A DNA stretch of 64,000 nt from assembly GCA_964304625.1 (NCBI GenBank), contig OZ199839.1, positions 10,837,186 to 10,901,185 on the forward strand, written 5' to 3'. The translations under genes were made by a program, and so were the position numbers. Source of the DNA: Kudoa neothunni (taxonomy: Eukaryota; Animalia; Cnidaria). This document shows positions 28,864 to 41,749 of this stretch, piece by piece; the stretch's first letter is position 1, and each line of letters begins with the position of its first letter. A model generated the notes under the pieces. The model had not been told where the DNA came from, searched no databases, and saw nothing but the letters and a program-made list of their open reading frames with translations.

Positions 28864-31829
28864 TCAATTTTCAGCCTGTTTTTGTGTCATTTTGATGAGC
28901 TTTAAGTGGTTTTCATAGGCAGCATATCCATACGGATATCGAAGATTATATAGATGAAGTACATTAGGATCAATAATGTTGATTCCTTGAAGTTGGTTAC
29001 CTAGGGTAATCCTAAAAGAAAACATGATTTAGCACGAAAATTATTAATGGAATTTACCAATTGGGCTGAACATTGTGTTGACGTCCGAATATTTCTACGA
29101 GAAAAGTGAGCATAGAATTAATTTCATTTTAGTTATGAGAGTAATGTATTTTAGGTTACCTAGTTTACGAGTACCAGGAGAGATTCTCTCGATAATACCA
29201 TATATTTCATCGGGTTTATGACTGGTATCTCTCACTTCTGACAATAACACATCGCAATCGAGCAATTTGTCTATCTTTGGAGGGTTCCCTTTGACACCAA
29301 TCTATTCAAATATATCATATTAATTTGTTGGTAGGAAATAAATTTCACTCACTAAACAATGCTCTTTTCCGTGATTGAGCCAGTGACCAGTTCTGCCTGT
29401 ACGAATTAAACGTTGAATTTGGTTGAGCTTTACCCAGATAAGTTCATCAACACGTTCATATCTGAATCAGATGATGCATTAATATAATACGGCAATAAAT
29501 AACAACACAGACAAATAACTACCCCCAAATTGATAAACACTCTCTTCCCAGTTCCATAGCTCTACCAGTAACCCACAAAAAAATATAGCCACTATTTTGT
29601 AGTTGTGAAATTGGCAACGATCTCATTTCATCATCTGCCATTGTTCCGTAAGGAAGCTATCAAATACACATTACAAATGAACAACTAATCAATCATTAAC
29701 TTCCATATGAATATCCCAAGGTGGATCTGCCATAATTACATCAAATTTTCCCAAAACACTCACATCAAAATTTCTTATATCACATTTTATCCACTATTTA
29801 CATTCATATTAAATTTTTTGTGAATACTGCATGTGCAACTAACTTGTGGCGGGAAATAATAATTCACTATTGGTTGTTTTGATGACAACTCTTTAAAATC
29901 CTAATATTTATTTATTTACTTTAAATTCCAATATTTGGTTGGGTTATATTAGCAACAACAACAACAACAACAACAACAACCAACCAACCAACCAACCAAT
30001 TATCTACCTGTTCAAGCAGAAAATTATAATTCTCAATAGGTTTAGGTGTTGGTGCAGACCATTTCATTAGCTCATAATGAATATACTAGGAAAAAATCCG
30101 CGTAAGTAGTCAAAATTAAAAAAAATTCCTTACTTTACATAGATGCATATGGAAACATGAATTTAAAAATGAGCAATCACCAAGGTAATCTATTTTCATT
30201 CTATGACACACAAACACATCAACGCAAAATACCTTCGGTATGTTGAAGCTTTATTGGTTTGAAATGGAGCTAAATGTTGACTTACTAAAAATAACTTGTA
30301 TTTATGTGATACTCTCGAACAGGAAGATTTGTTATGCTTTGAACAATTTTCTGTGGTTCCATGCAAACAAAACTCATTAAAACAATCTCGAGTGCGAGAA
30401 CTCCGAATTCGATGGTATAATTGAGTCTAAAATATTGCATTATTATATGTAAGTAGACGATAAGAGAATTTCAGTAAATCAACTTACTCCATACGAATCT
30501 GTATGCAAAACATCATAAAGATGACGTTCCTCTTCTACATTCTATATTTTGATAAAGTTTCCATATTATTTTGTGGTAAGGAAGAAATTCAATTGTTTTT
30601 ATGTAGAATAATATTGGAAGGTATAACTTTAATTGAATATATTTTTTTATTAAATTAATACAATTAATGTAAATTATAAGTACAACTATTAACTCTATTA
30701 AAAATGTACTTTAAATCAAATTAACGGTAATTAAAGAAAAGCTGTGTTTATTGGCCCTTAGAAATTAAATCTAAAATTGAAAATGGGCCTGCGTCACATT
30801 TAGTTGTAATCCCCACAACTCTAATTTATATGCTGCGTGTGCAATACAACTTTTAGAATGTGTTAAAGTAAACAAATACACGAAATTATTTAATTTACTA
30901 CAATGAACAAACATTTATTTGTATAAATTATAACTTGAATATGGTGCGCATGCGAATTGAAATTTGACCGTAAAACAGGCTCTAATCACCCGCTTCAATA
31001 AAATTACTTTTCTATAGAATGTGGTGGGTGTTTCGATTATATTCTAAAGTATTTTAGTAGTTAAATTAGGACTCTTTATAATTACCATAGCTATCTTTCT
31101 AATATCTTCCGCTGAGTCGGTTTTCCTGTCAAGAATTAGTCTATTAATCTGTCTTCAAATTAATTACCATAGTTTATAGAAGTAAGCATCATCATCGTCA
31201 TCTATCGGAGTGTTACCATCGTTTAAATAAATATCAATTTGATCCACCAAATACTTCAGCTATTATTAATAAACTGTATTATATATACAAAGAAATTATC
31301 TACCTTCTCTGTATCAATTTCTGCAATCGCTTTTTCTCTGGTTAGAGGATTGGACACCAGTTTCAATATTTTAATACTTTCCAATAACCGAACACAAGAA
31401 TCAAATACGTCTTTGTTACATTTCTATAGTATTTTATGTGGAATATTATGAATCAAATATTACACCTCAGAAACTTACTTTAGCTAATGATTTCACCTCC
31501 ATGCAATACTTCTCAAAATCGGAATACATCAGCAGTCCATGATACCGTTGTCTGTTTTCGGGATTTTTAAAATGACCCAGAATTACAATTGATGTAGAAT
31601 GCAATGTATTGACGAATATTTCAGTATCTGTGGGTGAACCAGTCCCATCACTCGAAACCACATCTTAAGTGGTGTATATTAAAAATAATAACAATTGATG
31701 ATTTGTAGGTAAAATTTTGGAGAATTAATTACTGGATGGATTAGTTTTGCTAAGCGAGTTAGAATACTTTTCAATTTGCATCCAAAGGTTACAAACTGAA
31801 GCTACATAGTGGGAGGGATGTTCATGCAT
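28864..31829 (-). CDS. METTL3: mRNA m6A methyltransferase catalytic subunit (MT-A70), 18 exons
   Basis: The spliced translation gives two CCCH-type zinc fingers ([11 protein letters not shown]...CSRLHF; [21 protein letters not shown]). The catalytic domain reads '[102 protein letters not shown]'. The 5' exons (31003-31829) join through a ~460-nt intron and are less certain. Confidence 0.95.
29953..29999. repeat. Compound microsatellite (CAA)n(CAAC)n in a METTL3 intron
   Basis: Directly visible. Confidence 0.95.
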
Positions 31830-33071
31830 ATTAGGATATATGCTGCGCGCGACATTGTTATTAATCCCATGTAAAGATTATAGTGGTCCTCATGTTAGAT
31901 AATTTGTCACTCTTGAAACTTACTTTAATATGTTCTTAAAAGTTTATATATTAACGTTGTTTTAAAATTTTAATTATATGAGGTGTTTACAATGAATTAA
32001 TTTGAAATTTGTTATGAATATTGACGCTTAAATTTTATTATATAAACTGGTTAATTAATATTTTTAATGAATTTTATAGGTCGCATATATTAAATAATCA
32101 TTTAAGACTAAAAATATATATTTAACTTGATACATAATATAAATTGTTATATTTTTCAATTCTTAACTATTTAAAAAATATCAATAATGATTAGTATGTA
32201 AAGTAAGGTTTGTTATAGTAATAATAATTATAAACAGTATTTCGATATTGGTAAAGGTTATTATTCAAAGATTCCTATCTGTAGACATAGTTTAACTTAA
32301 TACAGTTGGTAATCGATTTTACGTACTTTTACTTTTTCTTCTCTTATACATAATTATCAGAGTTAAAACTATTTCTATAACTTAATAAAGTTTATTTTAT
32401 TCAATTAAAATTAAAAATTATAAGAAACAAGTACTTTATCGAAGATTTTTTTATAAAAATAGAGATTGTCGATTTTACGTAACTTTTCGGTTCCAACCTT
32501 AATTTTCCATATCCTTTGTTTCGATTAATTACGTCAATGATAACAGCGTAAATAATTTAGATATGAAATAAAGCTTTTTATTTTTCCATTTTTTACAATT
32601 TTTCGAACGAAAGCCGGTAAATCTTGTATATTATTTGGCGTTTTTGATCTCGTACCTATTCCTGCTTTGAAAACTGCTGAATGAATAATTTCGAATTGAT
32701 TTCCTCATGTACAATAAGTTTAGATTCATTCAAAAGAGGGATCACATAATAATTTTTATGCTATAGTTTATAATTGATTAAAAGCGTTCGAGTCAAGAAA
32801 CCCGATTTATTACAGACGATTAAATATGTAAAAAATTAGTAAAGGAGTTAAATTAAAATAATTTATTACTTATAGGAACTTTTATGATTATAGATCGTGC
32901 TTTAACTTAAAAAAGGTTTATTTTCTTAGATGACCATTTATGTACTCAAAACAGTTACTGTAACTAGTAGAACAAAGTGAATGCCATTGCTGCAAAATTT
33001 ACCGGCCTTTTTTGTTAAATTTATATAAGACTACATTAATCAATCAACAAAATAATGTCAAATAATTTTAA

Positions 33072-35459
33072 CCTTTTTATTCCTGTTGTGCGGTATATTG
33101 AACATTAACTTCTCCTTCGTTTAAAATGAGCATTGGACTATTGTTTCGCATTCGTTACAAACACATAATTTTAACCCAATTAAATGTATAAAAACCGTTA
33201 TTACATTTTTTAAGAAATTTTATGTATAAAAAATTTCATTAACAATATTCAATTCACCATATCACGTTCGTCCTAAAAGTAATGTATTAATTTGTATACC
33301 GAATTATATTATTTTGTGGAACCAAAATTTTTACAGTTACAATATGTTGTTGTTAACTGAATTTGACTCTTTAAATTTTAAGAAACTTATTATTATCTGA
33401 AATGATAAGATTTTAAGTCTTGTCAGTAAACTGAACAACAGGAATACGTGGACCTATTTTTGGACAATCGCAATGGATTACAATATTTGTAACGATGAGG
33501 ATAAAACTAGAAAAAGAACTTCGGAAATTATAGTGCTATCTGATGTCAACGTATCCGAACCGGACACTTATTTTGAAGACGATACAACATTTACATTATC
33601 AATATTGAACAAATTTTCAGATCAAAAGAATGTTCATCATCCGACGATTCTGATGTTGAAATTGACACTGGCCTTCAATGGAAGAAACAAGATATTAGTT
33701 CAAATTTACCAGAGGAATTGTACAACTTAGACGACGAATTTGAAAAGTTAGATCATTTAATTCATCCCATCGATTATTTCAACCAATTTGTTGACGATGA
33801 TTTGATTGAATTAATTGTAAACGAGTCAAATCAATACGCCATACAAAATAATTCGAATTTCAAGACAAGCGGTTTGGAAATTAAAACTTATTTGGGAGTC
33901 ATAATTTTAATGGGGATTGTACGGATGCCTCGTTATCGATGACATTGGTCCAACCGTTTCAATTATTCACCTATTTCGGATGTCCTTTCTAGAGACAGAT
34001 TTGAGCAACTCTCAAAATTTTTACATCTTAATAATAATGGCAATGCAACTAACGATCAATCTTCCCAAACGTTTGATCGATTTGTCAAAATTAGACCTTT
34101 TTTGGAACACTTGAGGCTAGTATTTTTAAAAATCACTCCAGAGAGCATAAATTATAATTCGGTCGACGAACAAATGATTCCCTTTAAGGGTAAGTGCCGG
34201 GCAAAACAGTATATATCAAATAAACCGACGAAATGGGGCTTCAAAGTTTTTGCTAGATGTGAATTAAGTGGGATAGTGCATGATTTTCATTTGTATGATG
34301 GAAAATCGCCCGTTGTACAAGAAAACTGTGGTTTGGTTGCCGGAGATATTGTAATAAAATTATGTGCACAACTTCCAAAGAATATGATGTATCTATTGTA
34401 TTTCGACAACTGGTTCACATCATTCCGGATGCAATTTTAATTGAAAAAAAGGGAATATATTCGGTGGGGACTATTAAAAATAATAGAATTAAAGGATTTC
34501 CTTTATTCGGTAAAAAAGATTTAATGATAAAAAAGACGTGGCTCATTTGATGTTGCTCAAAACTCTAATGATGCATTAGTTTTAACTCGATGGTATAATA
34601 TCTCCGTTGTGACTTTATCGTCCACTCACTCTGGTAGTGAACCTCTAACAACAGTAAATAGATATGATGGGCAATAAAAAACGCGATAAAGTCGAGTTTC
34701 CAGATGTTGTATCGGAATATAATAAAACATGGGTGGTGTTGATTTGTCCGATATGCTAATGTCATTATATAGGTTAAACCATAAATGCAAAAAATTTACA
34801 TTCGGATATTTTTTGGGGCATCAACACGGCGATCACTAATTCGTGATTATTGTATCGGAGGCATAATTCCATGAATAATGTAAACAAGACTAAAGTTCTT
34901 GATTTGCTTTCGTTCACGTGTTCAATCTGTGAATCATTATTGTATAAAAACCAAACATTAATACAAACTCGAAAACGTGGTCGTCCGGTTAATGATTGTA
35001 ATTCATAAAAAATAATGGAATCTACTATATCGAAACGCAAGAGAAATACTCTTTTATCAGATCACATTAGATATGATAATGTACACCATTTTCCAGAGGT
35101 AGTATCTACACCAAGTAGATGCAGAAGTTGTGGAAGAAACACTCAAATAATTTGCTTAAAATGTGGCGCTCCGTGTTGTCTTGTAAAAGGTAGAAATTGT
35201 TTTTATGTGCACCATTATATTTAAAATTATTGTTTTATTGATAACTCTATCTGTTATTGTTATAATAATTCGATTTCTTTTTTGCGCATTTTCTTTACCA
35301 CAAAATCCCATTGTTCAGTCTACTGAACAAAACTTACAACTCAAAAATATTAGCCCCAAAATCTTTTTCGCTCCAAAATTTTATTTATTTAGTATTAGAA
35401 GAATATATTGTATTAAAAAAAATTTTTCAGGGATAAATAAAAATTCAGGCACGAAAGGG
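33072..35459 (+). mobile_element. piggyBac relic (PGBD2/3-like lineage)
   Basis: TTAA|CCTTTTTATTCCTG ... CAGGCACGAAAGGG. Motifs 'SVDEQMIPFKGK..KQYISNKPTKWGFK', 'YFDNWFTS' and 'RYDNVHHFP..RCRSC..CLKCGAPCC'. Confidence 0.9.
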
Positions 35460-35487
35460 TTTTGAAACGTCTCTATGCAAAATCTTT

Positions 35488-35516
35488 CCTAAGCAACGCT
35501 GGGCAATTCGCGCTAG
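35488..35516 (+). mobile_element. Helitron-like 3' terminus
   Basis: CCTAAGCAACGCTGGGCAATTCGCGCTAG|T: GC hairpin followed by CTAG and host T. Confidence 0.6.
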
Positions 35517-36762
35517 TATTTAATATGTAGTTAGTTGATATTTAATGTAAATATAAAAATTTATTTTATTAGCATAAAGAATCCTTCTGTTTCTATTTTC
35601 CAGCTATTTTGTCTAAAAAGGCAAATTCGTGAGTGGCGACTTTTATTTAAAAAACCTATGATTTATATCTAAATTTCAACCTTAGAACAGGAAATAATTT
35701 AAATAAATATAATCTTCAGGTAGGAAATAAATAGAGCATTAAATTTTAAAAATACATTGGCACATGTGTATGCGGAATGTTCGATAATATAATCTTTAGA
35801 AACCGAGATGGAATTTTTGAGTTGTGAATTTTACTTATAATCGTGATTAGACATTGAGTTATAATTTTTGTTATTAAAAAATATCAATTATATCTTTTAA
35901 TAATACATTTGAGTAAAATAAAATAAAAATTAGAGAATTAATCAAAGGACGATTTATTTTGAACCATTACTTAAGGTTGATCCATATTAATAGGCTTAGG
36001 AAATTCATAAGAAAAAAAATTTCTGAAGGAAATTTAAAATCAATTTAGATGATTTTATGTTCAATTATATATCTAAAAAAGAGTCACGTTATGACTTTAT
36101 GATTGCGGAAAAGAACAAAAAACTCAAAATATTTAATTTATCATTAGTTCTATTAATTTTATCGTATTTATATGTTACATCCTCTCCGAAAAAAACTGCT
36201 TTCATAATTGTCAATGTAATTTTTGTAAGTAGAATAGGAATTCTTGTCGCGTTATTGTGCAGACTAAAAATAAATTCGTTGTATAATTCAACATTTGATT
36301 GTGACAGAAACTAAAATGACTTGGGAAGCATTCCGATAAAATATAATACAAAATAAATTAAAATTTTTATTACGAAAAGAATTTTAATAGAATTTTCACG
36401 GTCTTTTTCTAAAAATCATAAACGTAAAAACAATGGCTTTATTGACAGCAAATTTTTGTTCAATGATTTTAATCCGTATTAAATTCTTTCATACACAGTC
36501 GCATATACAAATAATATTATATATTTATTTTCTCTATATAAAACGTATTAAAATAATATTTTTAATCAATTTGTATCTGAAATAATTCTTCACAACATGA
36601 AAACGGTTCTTTTTATTTAGAGACATTTCTGTTTAATTAGAAGTTATGCGCAACCTATGATATTTTGCATTTACTAACACATGAATAGGCTTATACATAT
36701 ATAAATAGTTATTGTTTATTCAAACTGTATAATATAGTCTGATTTACGTCCTATTTACAAAT

Positions 36763-39696
36763 ATGTATAATTATTTTGTATTTTTCGTTGTGAATATTGG
36801 CTTTTTATGTAACAAATTGTATATGATCACATGTTAAATTTATTGTCACAGTTAATGATAAATATTGTGCCGAAACAATCCCCCAAACTTCTGAAAAAGT
36901 CCTTTCATATCTTATTGCAGACAACGATAAAGTTCAACTGATTTTATCTGGCTCAATATACGAAGCAACTTCGAAAAAATGCCTTATAAAAAAGGAAAAC
37001 GATTCTATTAACGGATTCATTGACTTTAATCCTTGTAATGGAAATGAAGACGCTAGTACACCTAGGAAATGTGTTCGTACATGCACCCAAGATAACAATA
37101 AGTTGGCATTCAATGTGTTATCGCCTAGAACCAAATATATTTATGTGTATTCAGGAAATGAAGTAAATGCAGTAAAAGAAAATATCAAGGGTGGAGAAGT
37201 TTTTGGGCTTTCGACACGTACTTTAAATAAAATCTTTTTTTATAATAAATTAAATATAGCACTTTTGGTAAACCCAATTATCACAATTACCACAGATGCT
37301 CAGAAACTAAAGCTTGAAACTAAAACATGTGCAAAAGTTAATTGCCCCATTTATTACAAAGATGTGAAATATGCAGATGGTACGGCAGGAGGAAACTGTG
37401 ATGCTCCTAATACAGCAAATACAGTTGATTTTGACATAATGATATCGTATTATGAGGTAAAATGCAGTAACTATCCTAGTTTCTTTTACGAAATGCCGAA
37501 TCCATATATGAAAAAGAATATTGATGTTTATAAACCACAATATTATGTGACAATGAAAAACCGCGATAATGAAAACAAAAAATATCTCTTAAAATTTACC
37601 AACCCAATCCCGACTGAGATATGTTTGTTCAATATTAAAGATGCGGCGACTGGTGCTTCTGGAGAGACGGCGAGTTATGCATCAGCGTGTGGAAATGTAG
37701 CCCCAAAGGAATGTTATGCGCCTTGCGATAATGTCGAATTAACACTCTCTGAAATGAAACCTATTGTTAAAATATTAATTCAAACTAGGCATCATGAACC
37801 AGGAAAAACTGATACAAACTTAGACGGTTATGAAGAGAAAAAATTTGGTATTACATTAAAATAAATTTATCAATCACAATTTATAGCTATCGTTGAGGCT
37901 GCTGGTGCAAGTACACTCTTTTCTTCACCCACAACAGGGGGCATAACTTTTAGTCCTTCTCCTTATGATCCTAGTAATAATGGTGCAGTAAAATTCACCA
38001 CTTGTGCTTTGAAACATTCTCCCGCCGACATACCAAGGCCGGCCACGGTTAACACGGAAACTCAATGCACGAGTGGTAAATGTGATACAGCTTGTGCGAC
38101 AAGTTCGGTTATAACGGGGCTAAATGCAGGAAAAGCATACATTATTGAGATTACACCAACAGACATATCGACTCACAGCGGCTTTAAAGAATATTTATTT
38201 TTCAGAACAAGTAACTAATCATATTTTTTATAATTAAATAATATTTGTGAAAAGGTGCTTCATCAAACTTGGCTGCCACATCTCCTACACCATCCGACGT
38301 GAGTGTTGCAGTTAAAGCGATTGATGGTGACATAAGCACGGCAGATACCGAACCAACCTGCTCATATTACATAAGTGAAACTGGTAAGGAAGCATTCGTA
38401 GAAGCACAATGCGAGGATAGTGATCCATGTAGAGGATTTTGTAAAGAAACAAAGAAACTGATCAACTTAAATCTTAATACAAGATATGATATTAAGGTCG
38501 TTTCAAACAAAGATTATGGCATTAAAAAATATGAAAATGTTGCCACTAGTATGTCTTGACAATCACAATTAGATTTAACACATTATTAGCATGGTCAACT
38601 CTTACATTATCACATACGTTCATGGACAAGGGTTTTAAAGTGGTTGGTACCTTAACATCACCATATCCAAAAGCATTATGTCATTATAAAATTAATGTTA
38701 AAAACGATCAAACTTCAAAAGAGGTTTATTCATGTCCAGCAGTTGTTTCACCCCCTCCAAATGTTAGTCCGCCAAATTCCAACAATGAACAATCATCTAG
38801 TTCATCTCAACAACAGAAACTACAGACATCTCATTTATTCGGTGATAATAAATTAGCTGAGATATATGTTGCGAGAGCGGCTACTACTGAGAATAATGTT
38901 GGAAGTTCGTCTACGACCATTCAAAATACAAATGTTCCGCCAAAGATCCCATCATGCACCGAACCACCGCTTTGCACTAAGATATTATTTAGTGAGGGGT
39001 ACGAAGCGGATAAAGAATACGAGGTTTTGGTGACAGCTGCAGAAAGATCAACCGAAGTTCTTATAAATATTCCTAAAAGTATTTTAAAAATATAATTTTA
39101 TCTACTTTTTTTAATATTAATAATTAATATAGATATGCCTCCAGAACAGCCTAGTGAGGCAGAAAGAGAAATAGCTGTTATCATTATAAGGGAGGGAGAT
39201 ACACTAAAAATCTCTTCATTGCTACCCAAGGGTAGGGATGATAACGCAAAATGCAAATGGATATTAAGAAACACGAGCGAGACATCACAGTTAATAATGA
39301 AAAAATGTGTGACAGAACGTACTACCGGTTGCGTTCTTCCGACGTGCAAGTCCTTCACAATTGAAAACATACGTGACGAAAATGATTATCATTTAACCGT
39401 CATTTTGGCTAATGATGCTAAAGTCTTTGGTATCGGGAAAATTAAACGAGGTATTTAAAATCGAAAGAATAGTAATATAATTGATTATTTAGGAGAAATT
39501 TCAAATCAATCAAGGTAAATGAATTAATAATAACAAACTATAATATATATTTAGGGCGAGTTCGACCATGTATTAGATTTATATTTGATGTTATAAAGTT
39601 AAATCATACTTTAGGATCATTTCTATTGTCATTCCAGTTGTTATCATTGTGGTAGGAGTTGGATTTTATTTTGGTTACTGGAAGAATAAAGGATAA
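36763..39696 (+). CDS. Type I membrane protein with ~7 Cys-rich fibronectin-III-like domains, copy A (10 exons, ~850 aa)
   Basis: Signal peptide MYNYFVFFVVNIGFLFNDKYCA. Phase-1 exons end in FN3-like 'ITGLNAGKAYIIEI', 'LINLNLNTRYDIKV', 'IENIRDENDYHLTV'. Two microexons follow, then TM helix IISIVIPVVIIVVGVGFYFGYW and tail KNKG*. The gene model is strong; the fold call is inference. Confidence 0.85.
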
Positions 39697-41749
39697 GCAT
39701 AGACAGCTCAAATATTCATTCAGAAATTAATTTATTACTCTCCTTTATTTTTAATTATTTCACATATTTTATATTTTAAAATAATATTTTTCGCAAAATT
39801 ATAACAATACATTGTTATTTTATTTAAGGAAGTTTCCATTATATGATTAATATAACCTATAAATAATATTTATAGTTTAAGAGTATACAATCAACGACGG
39901 TTATTGCATAAGCGAATATTGCGCTCTTTTTGTTGTGTCATTATTTTGTCATTTATAAATCCCGGATATATCTTGTAAGTCTGATAATGTAGTAAAAAAC
40001 ATGTGAAATTATTTATTTAAGAATTTTTTTATAACTAATAGAAAATGGATATTGCGCGGTAATTTTAGTCACCGTTAAATTGATAAATATCACAAAATAG
40101 AAGTTAAGTATTATTATTTAATGACTCCAATTTTAAAGAAGTAGACCAAAATTAAACGTTGGTATTGATTTTTTTTAATTTCCATATTTATAATCATGAA
40201 TGGGGGTTAATTTCTTATATAACAAAAATTTTCCTATTAATATATGTGGTTAAACATATTTTGTTTATAATTATAAATCTTATTCACACACATAAATTTG
40301 TTAAAAACTTGGTTTCATTACATATTGTTCTTTAAATATGAGTAGATTCGTTAATTATAAATATTAAGTATGATTATTGTATATATATCGAAAAACTAAA
40401 ATGATAACAAATGTTTTGTACGCTTTCAATATTAGATTGTATTAGGGCCATATTAACTCCTATGTACTGCATAAAATGGAAACATACAGAATATATTTCT
40501 TTATTAAAAGAGGAGTTGTAATTGCTGATAAAATTCAAAAAATTTTAAAAGACAATTCAGAAATTGTTCTTACTCAATTTGTGTAACTATTACAAATAGA
40601 TGATGCCTATAATATGGGTGAAATTGAAGAATTTATAATTAAAAAAAGTATGAACTTAATTATTAAAAATAAATATATTTCTTTTATACATATCTCCTTG
40701 AGTGATTAGTATTATTGATAAAATTAATGATAAATGAAATACACGTGATCTGAGAGAATCCTAGAAAATTGTGACCACCGGAAATCAGCCACAACACTAT
40801 AATTTAATTTTGCTTCCCTTACGTTTAAAAAATCATTAAAAATCTTTATTTATTGATTAATTACAAACTAAAGTGCCCCCCCCCCCTCAAAAAAAAAATT
40901 TGCACGTAACGTATATAATGGTTCAGGTGGGTTAATTCACTCATTAAACCTTATCTGGAGTAATAAAATGATTTAAAGACAAATAATTAGCACATACAAC
41001 AGTTTTCTAAATCATATTTGTATATTACATTAATCTCGAGACATAACTAAGTTTTTTTGTGTTTCCGCAATCTAACGGCTATATGGAGCAGAATATTTAT
41101 TTCCATCAACTTTAAACAATCTAAAAAATGAAAAGTAGCGGTCTATGGATATTTTCTATACTGTTTAAGTAAAGCTTTACATATAAAAAGAAAGTATTAT
41201 TGGAAACGAACGAAGATTTCGTTGTAATTACACGTGGTCGTGTAGCTTTACGGTTCTACAAATAAGAATATGTTATTTTGAATATACAAAAACCCGCAAT
41301 ATTTAATTATATTACAGCTAATTAGACAAATAGGAATTTTATCAACGAATTAAATTATAAAGAAATAAACAGACAAAAATTACATCGAGACAATGTAATT
41401 TAAGTGTGCTTGTTTCTCATTATGATGAAAATAAGTAATTTCTAAAAATAATTATAAATTTATTATAGGTGCTCTTTTTTTGATTAAAAATGAATTATGA
41501 ATTCTTATCATTAAAACGTGGGATATAACGGTTTAAAAAATCGACGATAAATAATAAATATATTCCATTGTTAACTACATATCTTTAAATAAAGTAAGAG
41601 AAAGAGCTAAAAAAATTTATAAACTAAAATACTATTATTAATTATTTAAAATAATGTTTCGTTACAAAAATCATAAATTGTTGACTTTACAATTGAAATT
41701 ATTTTTTGATACTGAAAATATGCTTATAATTATCATCGATAAACATTAA

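Noticed and set aside
39682-39696. ER-retrieval di-lysine signal in the KNKG tail
   Set aside because: Lysines are at -4 and -2, not the canonical -3/-4 or -3/-5 positions.
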